Both the position numbers and the translations under genes were made by a program. A DNA stretch of 64,000 bases from Paenibacillus sp. Its GTDB lineage: Bacteria > Bacillota > Bacilli > Paenibacillales > Paenibacillaceae. The notes below the pieces were generated by a model. That model did not search any database. It was not told the DNA's origin and saw only the letters and a list, made by a program, of their open reading frames with translations. Every line of letters starts with the position of its first letter. Position 1 is the stretch's first letter. Shown here in pieces: positions 47,030-55,800 of this stretch. The stretch lies in NCBI RefSeq assembly GCF_035510375.1, contig NZ_DATKHG010000023.1; one strand, 5' to 3'.

Positions 47030-49088
47030 ATTGCTGTTCTCCCTCGTGCTTGGCGGGGCGGTCGTGTTTTTCCTTGCCTCCGTCCTCCTATTCAAATGGC
47101 TGTCCCGAAAAAATACGGGCGCCGGTTCAATCCGGGAATACGAGGAACTTCGACTTCCCGGAAAAGCCACGAACAAGCGCGCCGTGCACAGTTTGTTGCA
47201 ACGTATTTACGCGGCAAACGAACGGGTTCCTTTGCTTCGCCGATATCTTACGACCATCCGCAAGCGGCTGTCGGCGCTGCAACCGTACGACGAATGGAAG
47301 CTGCGGCTGGAGACGATCAAGATTGCGCTTGCGGCATGGGGCGTCCTGTTTGCTGCCGCCGTTCCAGTTATCCTGTTCATCCGCGACCCGATGACGCTTC
47401 TTATGATCGCAACCGGTCTCAGGGCGCTTCACGGGATGATCGCAGACGTATTCGTTCACCGATTGGAAAACCGGCTGCTCCGCCAGCTTCGCCACTTTAT
47501 GGCCGATGTGCGGCACCACTATCACCGGCACGGCATGGTGGAGGAAGCGATCTACGACGCATCAGATGCCGCGCCGTATGAAATGTCTTTGCACGGGCAG
47601 GAAGTGTACGCGGCGCTGACCGCCAGCCATCCGGAAGAAAAACTGGAGCAATATTATGAGGCTGCGCCGAATCGGTTTCTCAAAGGACTGGCCGGCATAT
47701 CGCATCTGGTCAAAGAATACGGCGACAAGACGCTCCAGAACGGGTCGCTCTACTTAAAAGCGCTCGGACGGCTGACGACCGAACTGAATCTGGACATTTT
47801 GCGACGGGAGAAGCTGAGCTTCTTGCTGCAGGGACTGACGGCGATTGCGCTCATCCCGGTTATGTTCACGAAGCCGATTGAAAGCTGGGCGCGAAACTAC
47901 TTCCCGGCGATGGACGATTTTTACGCAGGCAAGCTTGGCTGGATCACGAAAATGGTCATCTTGCTGATCATTCTCGGCTCGTATGTGCTGCTTCGCAAAA
48001 TGCGGGAATTGGACGGTATATACAAAGCAAGTCGCAAGCCGTGGGAACAGAGGGCTTACGATGTTCCAGGGGTGCGGCGGGTCATCGACCGGATCGTTCC
48101 CGAACCCGGCGCGCGCGAAGCCTCCCGCAGTATCATGCTGCTCAAGGAAACGAACTCGCCGCTCCGATTGGAGTGGTTTTTTGTGCAGCGCGCGGCAATA
48201 AGCGCTCTGGCTTTTTTGATGACGCTCGGATTGTTTGTGACGCTGCACATCGTCTCCAAACACCAACTTCTTTACGCGCCGGTTAAGCCGGACACGATGT
48301 TTGGCCGCCTATCGCCGCAGGAAGAAGCCAAAGGCAGGGAAGCGGCGGCGCTCGACCGCCGGATCATGGCGGATGTGAAAGGGGTGAAAACCAAACTCTC
48401 GGAATCGATTTTGACCGAACTGCGAAAAGACCCGCGGCTTGTACGGAACGAGGCGCAGCTTCGCGCCGCAGCAAAGCGCATCCTGAACAAAATGGATGCG
48501 GTGAGCGGCGAGTACCTGAAGTGGTGGGAGGTGATGCTCGCTTTGTTGATCGGCTGGGGCGGCTACTATGCGCCGGTCGGCGTCTTGTTGTTCCAGCGGC
48601 AGATGCGGCATATGGAGATGAAGCACGAGGTCGATCAGTTCCATTCGGTGATCGCCATGCTGTCCGAAATGGACCGGATGTCGGTGGAGCATGTACTGGA
48701 GTGGATGGAGCGGTTCGCGCTTATTTTCAAGGCGCCGATTCAGCATTGTTTGCTTCATTATGAGCATGGCGCCGAGCAGGCGCTTGAAGATCTGAAGGAA
48801 GAAGCGCCGTTTCTTCCGTTTGTCCGCACCGTGGAGAAGCTGCAGCTGGCGGTTGAAAAAATTCCGATCCGGCAGGCATTCGATGATTTGGAATCCGAAC
48901 AAGCTTTTGCCCAGGAGCAGCGCAAGCAGGATTATGAACGGCTGATCGAAACGAAAGCGGGATGGGGGAAAATGATCGGCTTCGCGCCGATGATGTCCCT
49001 TATTTTTGGTTATCTCGTCTTTCCGCTCGTCTATGTCAGCTTGGATCAAATGTCCGTGTATTACGAGCAAATTCAGCGGATCCAGTAG
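47019..49088 (+). CDS. Large polytopic platform protein, apparent TadB-TadC (T2SSF x2) fusion
   Basis: 689 aa. Two halves each pair cytoplasmic helical segments with TM pairs, as in GspF/TadB/TadC. The start overlaps the ATPase 3' end by 11 nt. Confidence 0.55.
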   Translation: MELKLLFSLVLGGAVVFFLASVLLFKWLSRKNTGAGSIREYEELRLPGKATNKRAVHSLLQRIYAANERVPLLRRYLTTIRKRLSALQPYDEWKLRLETIKIALAAWGVLFAAAVPVILFIRDPMTLLMIATGLRALHGMIADVFVHRLENRLLRQLRHFMADVRHHYHRHGMVEEAIYDASDAAPYEMSLHGQEVYAALTASHPEEKLEQYYEAAPNRFLKGLAGISHLVKEYGDKTLQNGSLYLKALGRLTTELNLDILRREKLSFLLQGLTAIALIPVMFTKPIESWARNYFPAMDDFYAGKLGWITKMVILLIILGSYVLLRKMRELDGIYKASRKPWEQRAYDVPGVRRVIDRIVPEPGAREASRSIMLLKETNSPLRLEWFFVQRAAISALAFLMTLGLFVTLHIVSKHQLLYAPVKPDTMFGRLSPQEEAKGREAAALDRRIMADVKGVKTKLSESILTELRKDPRLVRNEAQLRAAAKRILNKMDAVSGEYLKWWEVMLALLIGWGGYYAPVGVLLFQRQMRHMEMKHEVDQFHSVIAMLSEMDRMSVEHVLEWMERFALIFKAPIQHCLLHYEHGAEQALEDLKEEAPFLPFVRTVEKLQLAVEKIPIRQAFDDLESEQAFAQEQRKQDYERLIETKAGWGKMIGFAPMMSLIFGYLVFPLVYVSLDQMSVYYEQIQRIQ

Positions 49089-49107
49089 CAACACAATGTT
49101 TAGAATC

Positions 49108-49137
49108 AGCCTTTCCTGTTGGAAGGCTATTTTTTTA
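49108..49137 (+). terminator. Intrinsic terminator/attenuator between the platform gene and the first small anchored protein
   Basis: AGCCTTTCC-tgtt-GGAAGGCT followed by ATTTTTTTATT. Confidence 0.7.
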
Positions 49138-49173
49138 TTCCCCAAAATTATTGTAAAAGGAGAGAAACGATCC

Positions 49174-49653
49174 ATGTCCAACGCACAAAAAGCACTGGTA
49201 ATGGCCGCAGGCATTTTCCTCGCTATTGCCCTTATTACACTGGCGGTTGTATTGTTCATATCCGCCCAGGATTCGACCAAAGCGGCGCAAAGCAACTTCA
49301 GCAACATTCAAACCGAGCTGTCGCAAACAGCCTTCACCGTCTATGACAATACGCTCGTTTCCGGAAGCCAGGTCGTCAACGCGCTGCGCAAGTTCAGCGA
49401 TCAGGATCAATTCGGCATTCAAATCGTGACGGGGAAAAATCCGGCGGGACAATGGTACGGCAAGGTAATCAATACGGGCGTTCCGATGGACAGCGTTACG
49501 TACGGTTCCGTTGTCGGTCCGGCCCCCGGACGGCTCGATCAGACGATGGATGAAGCGGACATCAACTATGTCAATCCGAGCGGCAAGTTCCGGGCTCAGC
49601 TTGTGAAGGACAGCAGCAACGTGATTCGCGGCATTGTGTTCCGTCAGCAATAA
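49174..49653 (+). CDS. N-terminally anchored small protein (159 aa), pilin-position protein without a class III signal motif
   Basis: AAAGGAGAG RBS. MSNAQKALVMAAGIFLAIALITLAVVLF followed by a soluble beta-rich-looking domain. A GC-rich hairpin follows the stop codon (49667-49697). Confidence 0.6.
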   Translation: MSNAQKALVMAAGIFLAIALITLAVVLFISAQDSTKAAQSNFSNIQTELSQTAFTVYDNTLVSGSQVVNALRKFSDQDQFGIQIVTGKNPAGQWYGKVINTGVPMDSVTYGSVVGPAPGRLDQTMDEADINYVNPSGKFRAQLVKDSSNVIRGIVFRQQ

Positions 49654-49725
49654 GAAACAGGGTGAATCTGCCCCCGCGCTTATGCGCGGCGGGCAGGTTC
49701 GCTGTAAAGAGAGGAGGACGAGCGC

Positions 49726-50127
49726 ATGAGCCATTCCGTGCGAACGATGATCGACATGAGCTTTGCTTGTCTCGTTTTTGTGATGGCGGCCACGGTCGGG
49801 TTGCTGCTGTTTCAAAGCGGCGCGGCTGTGCTGGAGACGACTTATGTGTCGGGAAAAGCGCAGGATCGCAGCGTAAAACCGACGCTTTCCCCGATAGCCG
49901 GAGACGGCAGCGTGTCCGGTGCGGAAGTTTTGCAGACGATCGCCCATATCGCGGATATCGGAACGGAGATCGCAGTAGATGGGGTCAACTATGCCCCGAC
50001 AATGGAACGGGAAGAAATCGCTGCTTCAGCTGTTCGAGTGAATGGCCGCTTTACTCCTGTGTATGAACGCGGTCGGGATGGGCAGTTGCAGCGAATCGTC
50101 TTTGTATCGCGCGGAGGTGTGCGATGA
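49726..50127 (+). CDS. N-terminally anchored small protein (133 aa)
   Basis: Single N-terminal hydrophobic helix (FACLVFVMAATVGLLLF). Overlaps the next gene. Confidence 0.55.
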   Translation: MSHSVRTMIDMSFACLVFVMAATVGLLLFQSGAAVLETTYVSGKAQDRSVKPTLSPIAGDGSVSGAEVLQTIAHIADIGTEIAVDGVNYAPTMEREEIAASAVRVNGRFTPVYERGRDGQLQRIVFVSRGGVR

Positions 50128-50672
50128 ATAGTTTTTCCAAGGTATTTGCCATTCTTATTTCCATTTTGCTTTTGTACGTCTTCCCGATTTCTGCCACGTT
50201 CAACCAGCAGGATGACGTATCGGAGCTGGTTGCGCTGCGGGCAACGACTTCGTTTGTCGATGCGGTCAGGGACAAGGGATTCATTACCCCGACCATGTAT
50301 AACGACTTCTTGCAAGCGATACATGCGACGGGCAATACGTTTGATGTGCAGATGGAACACGGGCAAAAGCGTTACATTCCGGTGTATGACGATCCGGCGC
50401 GTCCGGATACGTTTCGGAACGATTACACTGTTCAATATGATAAGTTTTACAACGCACAAATTTTGCCGGTGCTGTTCCCGGACAGCGCTGCGGGCAAGGA
50501 CGATCCGAAACGCCGCTACAAGTTGCAGGCGGGCGATACGTTTTATGTGGTTGTAAAGAATACGAACCGGACTAACGGTACAATCCTTCATGATTTTCTG
50601 AATAACGCCAGCAGCCCTCAAGAAAAAATCTTCATTCCCTACGGAGGCGTTGTCCGAAATGAAGATGATTAA
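50124..50672 (+). CDS. N-terminally anchored small protein (182 aa)
   Basis: N-terminal helix (VFAILISILLLYVFPI). ATGA overlap with the upstream gene. Confidence 0.55.
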   Translation: MNSFSKVFAILISILLLYVFPISATFNQQDDVSELVALRATTSFVDAVRDKGFITPTMYNDFLQAIHATGNTFDVQMEHGQKRYIPVYDDPARPDTFRNDYTVQYDKFYNAQILPVLFPDSAAGKDDPKRRYKLQAGDTFYVVVKNTNRTNGTILHDFLNNASSPQEKIFIPYGGVVRNEDD

Positions 50673-51639
50673 CTGGGCGATTGTAGGGGTATTGATTCTG
50701 CTTCCTTTTTATGTGATCAATCGGACGGATACCGAGACGCAGCGGCGGATGATGATTTCGGAGCTGCGCTATGATGCAGCGCTGGATACGGCGGTGGACG
50801 ATGCGGCGCAAGCGCTGCTTATCAATGTCGACCAGCGGCAGGAAGCCAGGTATGAATCGGCCAAACGGGTGCGGGTGAACAAGGAGGAAGCCATCGATTC
50901 GTTTTACCGGACGCTGTACATGAACTTCGGCATCGCGGAAGATACGATTGCCCAAGGCGTGTTGAACCGCTATATTCCGGCGGTAATCGTCATAGGCTAT
51001 GACGGGTTTTGGGTGTACGCCGAAGAAGAGTTTGCCAACGCGGCCGGCGAAACGGAAATACGCCCGGTGTGGGGGCCGAAGAAGCCATACGCTTATGCCG
51101 ATACACTGGGGAACAGCGTGTCTTTTACGCTGGATGATTATGTGACTGCGTACGAAGCCGGAAGCCGGACATGGCGAGAGGGGTTCCGGTCGGAAATCCA
51201 AATAACGACCGCAATTCCGCTTTTGCGCGATGCGGAAGTATTCGAACAGGTGCGGCGCAGCACGATTGTAAACGCCATCCAGAATGAGCTCGCGTTCCGA
51301 ATTAACCGGCACAACCAATACGCATCGCGGTATGGGATCTCATACACATTTACGCTGCCGACAATCAGCGACGAAGAATGGAACAATACGGTGAACGATG
51401 TCGGCGTCATGGCGTTTGTCCAGGGCATTCCAATGGGACGCAAAACGTATAACAACTATGCGCTGGGCGGCAGCCGGGTATTGAAAAAGCCGGTGATTAT
51501 CGGGGCGGTTAAAGAAGGCAAAAAGGTGTATTACCGCAGTGCCTGTGCTTTCCCATACCCGGTAGAAGAAACGTTTGCCAGTGAAAAAGAAGCTTCACAA
51601 AAAGGGTATATGCCGCTGCCATGCAGCAACGATCCCTGA
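50659..51639 (+). CDS. N-terminally anchored protein (about 326 aa)
   Basis: GGAGG 11 nt before ATG 50659. N-terminal helix (INWAIVGVLILLPFYVI). Confidence 0.55.
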   Translation: MKMINWAIVGVLILLPFYVINRTDTETQRRMMISELRYDAALDTAVDDAAQALLINVDQRQEARYESAKRVRVNKEEAIDSFYRTLYMNFGIAEDTIAQGVLNRYIPAVIVIGYDGFWVYAEEEFANAAGETEIRPVWGPKKPYAYADTLGNSVSFTLDDYVTAYEAGSRTWREGFRSEIQITTAIPLLRDAEVFEQVRRSTIVNAIQNELAFRINRHNQYASRYGISYTFTLPTISDEEWNNTVNDVGVMAFVQGIPMGRKTYNNYALGGSRVLKKPVIIGAVKEGKKVYYRSACAFPYPVEETFASEKEASQKGYMPLPCSNDP

Positions 51640-51770
51640 TTCATCCCTGATAAATCGAAATTCATTTTCGCAGGGGTGGACAGGTGGGCACAGGGATTAT
51701 ATCATGGAGGCACAACGTCGATAATTTCCTGATATTCTCAATAATTCTCGAATAAAGGAGTGAACCGAGC

Positions 51771-52877
51771 GTGAAAAAATGGGTATGCGCAAGCTTGGCG
51801 TTGATGATGTTATTTGGACTTATGACCGGGATTTCCAAAGCGGCGGCAAACGCGCCAACGTTTGTCAGCGTCGTCATGGACGGACAAAAGATCTGGTTTC
51901 CCGATGCGCAGGCATTTGTTGATGAAAACAACCGGACACTCGTTCCGGTCCGCTTTGTCGCTGAAAAGATGAATGCCAAAGTGGGTTGGCAATCGGAGAC
52001 GATGACGGTGCCGATCGAGCGAGGCGACCAGCAAATCCAGCTGACGATCGGTGAAAACAAAGTGATTGTCAATGGCAAAGAGGCGGCTTTTGACACGCAG
52101 GCGATTATGAGCGGAGGCAGAACATTCGTCCCGCTGCGGTTTGTAAGCGAGGTGCTGGGTGCGGAAGTCAAGTGGGACGGTTCGACATCGACCGTATTTA
52201 TCTCAACAAAAGAAGATGCCGAGGCGAAGTATGACCAATGGGGCCGCCTGATGCGTACAACGGACCTCCCGAAAAACGCGAAGGATTATCCGTATATTTT
52301 AGATGATATGCCGAATGAGATGTATGAGTTGGGCTATCCGTATTCCAATCCTGAGCGAAGCAAAGTTTCTGCTGTTCTGTACGAAACCATTCCAGAATAT
52401 AACAAGCGAAATGTAGATATTTGGATGAACCGTCTTAAAGATTTCGGTGCGCTGTGGCTGAATGTGGACTACAAGACCATCGACGATAACTGGGCACAGG
52501 CTCTTTTCGCTACGAAAATGCAAAATTCCAATGCGGAGTTGAAGTATATCCAACGCTATGTAGATTGGGTAAAGGAAAATAAAATTCAAATAGAAGGATA
52601 CCTTGATCCAGAGCCTTCCATGATATTTAACGATGGCTTCGGAGCAGACTATGTACGGTCAAAGTTTCGCATTAAATTTAATTCTTTTAAGGAAAGCAAG
52701 GATTTACTTTATGATACATGGTTTCCGAGTGACGAGACCTTTGATAAAAATGAGTGGTATGAAGGGGTTGCGGACATAAAAATGGGAACGAACGTAGGGG
52801 GAGACTGGGGAAGTACGTTAAAGGTTGCTCCCAGCGCCAGCTTATTCTATAACCACTTGATTAAGAAGGTGGAATAG
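51771..52877 (+). CDS. Secreted protein with a copper-amine-oxidase N-terminal (stalk) domain plus an unknown C-terminal domain
   Basis: Signal peptide, then NNRTLVPVRFVAEKMNAKVGW...GGRTFVPLRFVSEVLGAEVKWD, the repeated motif typical of Cu_amine_oxidN1. GTG start. Confidence 0.75.
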   Translation: MKKWVCASLALMMLFGLMTGISKAAANAPTFVSVVMDGQKIWFPDAQAFVDENNRTLVPVRFVAEKMNAKVGWQSETMTVPIERGDQQIQLTIGENKVIVNGKEAAFDTQAIMSGGRTFVPLRFVSEVLGAEVKWDGSTSTVFISTKEDAEAKYDQWGRLMRTTDLPKNAKDYPYILDDMPNEMYELGYPYSNPERSKVSAVLYETIPEYNKRNVDIWMNRLKDFGALWLNVDYKTIDDNWAQALFATKMQNSNAELKYIQRYVDWVKENKIQIEGYLDPEPSMIFNDGFGADYVRSKFRIKFNSFKESKDLLYDTWFPSDETFDKNEWYEGVADIKMGTNVGGDWGSTLKVAPSASLFYNHLIKKVE

Positions 52878-52879
52878 GA

Positions 52880-55800
52880 ATGTCTGAGAAAAAAGCATAT
52901 AAACGATTATTGTGCATGCTGCTGGCATGCATTTTTTTATTCCCATTCATTTTATCAAGTCAAGTTCATGCAGCTCCACCGGAGATTTGGACAAGAGATG
53001 GAATGATCAATTTCTCAATAACAAGCACAGCTGCAACTTCGTCCATCAAATACAGAACAGTAGGCTGGACGGTGCGAAGGGATCAATTATGTTCGAATAC
53101 AACGCCAAAGCAGTGCGGTGATCCGAGAAGCGGCAAATACGTTTCTTTTTTAAATCAACAAGTGCGTCAAGTAGGTCAAGATCCCAATCCGCCTATTCCT
53201 GGGGCGCCATTAACCACAATTTATGAAGTAAGTGAAGAACTTGTAACAAAAGGAATGTGGCAGGCGGGGATGGGCGATATCCAGGACAATGATGATTTGT
53301 ATCTTTATGCCATCATGGTCTCAATTAATGGCGACGGCTCGGTGCGTAAAGGGCCTTTCTATACGTTGGAAGAGATCAAGCGTGCCGAAGGATGGCGTTA
53401 TCCGGACGATCTGGACGATTATTTCGGTCTCCATGTTCCGTATCGAAGCGCAGACTTTCCGGTGGACGTTATTGCTAAAACCGAGGACGGCAAAGTGATT
53501 AATAAGCCGGATGTCACGTTTCTCAAGGGCAAATACAAGGTAGGAGAAACGATCAACCACGAGTTTCCAACCGCCATCGAGGACGGCGGGAAGACATACA
53601 CGATCGTCCGCTCGTATTTATCGCCCAAACAAGACCCGTCGCAGAAGGATTGGGAGCAGGAGAACCCGGAAACGAACCCGAAGGTGCGCACTCGCAGCTT
53701 TACCGTTCATCTTGGCGGTACGGACGCTATCGCCGAATACAGGGAAAGCAATCCGGTGAAGGCGATGTTCCTCACGGATAAAGGAGAGAAGCTCCAAGGG
53801 GATGAAGAACTGGAGCCGAAGAAAACGGAGGAAGAGGCCAATTACACCTTCCCTGCATCGCTTACTTACAAAGGGGATACGTACGAAATTAACCGCTCCT
53901 ATATCACGAACAACACCGACCCGAACAAGGAACTCTTTGTTCAGGAAAAGAACGATCCGAAGCTGCGGGAACGGTCCATCACCGTTGCATCCGGCGGCTC
54001 TAACTTTATCGGCATTTATAAAATCCCCTCGCCGGTGACGGTCGCGTCCCGTATCCTAGCCCCGGATACAGTTGAACAGTCCGTCAATAATGTCGAAGGG
54101 GATTTTATTTTTGAGGCGGAAGCATCAGCCAACCTGAAATCGTACGAAATCACCGACATTCAAAATGCCGCGCTAGTTAACCCAAGCGACCGAACCGGAA
54201 CGCTTAGCGGAACAAAGGATGGGAAAACAATTCCCATCAAAATCCCGTTTTCTTCCGGCGACAGTCTGACGGTGCAAATCACGGTTATCGTCAAAGATGC
54301 GCTGGATCAAAGCGGCGATTCCACAGCGAAGCATACAGTGAAAAAATCGGATGGGGGTCAGCCGCCAACCGCAGGAACGACGCAAGAGGCCGAAGCGATG
54401 GACCCGAGCGCAACGGGCGTCATTCGCGCGGATCAGCGCGGAGCGGAGAAGTTCGATGTGATGAAGGGAATTCCGACCTCGGAGAGCCTGTACGTGGACG
54501 CTTTGTCGAAAGCGTATTTGTACCGGAACGAGTTCGCCCAAATGACCGGCGCGAAGCAATATCCGATTCAAGTGAGTAAAACGTATACGCTGACGTGGAC
54601 GGAATCCTATACCGTTTCGGGCGCGGATGGCAAGTCGACAACGGTTTACGTGCCGCGCTCGGCCACGCAGACGGTGACCAAAAGCTACACGGTGGAACGC
54701 AAGTACAGCTACTGGGTCATCAACAATCTTGAAGTGTATGGCATTCAAAAAGCCGACTTTGCCAATTACGCGCTGCCTTCAGGAAAAGTAACGTTGCAAC
54801 CGAACGGTTATACGCCGCCAAACGTGTCCGCCACTCACGATACTTCGTTGGATGCGCATATTACCGATCCGTTCTTTTCGAATGTGACGCTTCCCGGACA
54901 GACGATTTCCGGCGGATCCAGCCGGCCGTCCGTTCCGAACGAGGATTGGAAGAGCGTAGCGGAGAAGGCGATCGGAAAAATCAAGGTGAAAAACGACTCG
55001 CTCGTCTTCAACGGAACAACGGTGATGGACAACCAGACGGTGGAGGAACAGGCTCCGGCGCCAGGTACGATTCCGGCTCCCCCGACGATCGGGCAGGATG
55101 TGCTATACGGGAAAGGCTACATGATCGATTCCGGCAAAGTGAACAAAGCCAACCAGCCAAGCTCGGGTACGATATCTTATTCGCTCGTCAAAGGCATTAA
55201 CGGCGGGTCGAATCAAACGTTTCCGATTAACGGCATCAACACCGTAACCGTGCATACGCCGATCGTCAACTATGCGTCCGTTTCGGATGACAAGGCGCAT
55301 AACCAGAAGACACAACCGACCTCAGGGCGATCGGCGCTCATTTTGGACCGACCGTTTACCGTAACCGTCCCGACCAGCGGACAGCACCGGGACATTCCAG
55401 GCTACGGCAATCGGGATTATGCGAAGTACACGAAAGAGAAGCAAGTCTGGTTCCCTTTTGACGTGTACAGCGCCGACAAATCGACGTTCATTCCGAAAGA
55501 AACGTGGATATCCATCCCGGTCGGGCAGTCTCAGACGACATTTTTTCTGCCGGTGTGGGTCGATGAAGGCAACTATGACGCGCTGTTTCGCACCTTTGCA
55601 GAAAACAGCCCGCAGGCCTCCTTCGGTACCCAGATGAACGCCAATCTGGAGGTAAACAATCACGTTGCCACGCAGGTCGTTCCGGTGGAAGTCATTGGCC
55701 GCCTATATGATTTCCGCATCACCGACATCGCCGACTATAACTGGGAGACAGTATTCCGGACGCAGAAAGGGAGCGCTGCATCAACCGGAAATGCTTATTG

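Noticed and set aside
33543-51318. Numerous 150-330-aa minus-strand ORFs inside the ICE (for example 33543..34280, 37527..38381, 43567..44235, 46427..47176, 48309..49307, 49135..49947, 50632..51318)
   Set aside because: All lie antisense to tightly packed, RBS-supported plus-strand genes, several with unambiguous motifs (Dcm, CpaF). Their translations are R/H/P-rich with no signals of their own.
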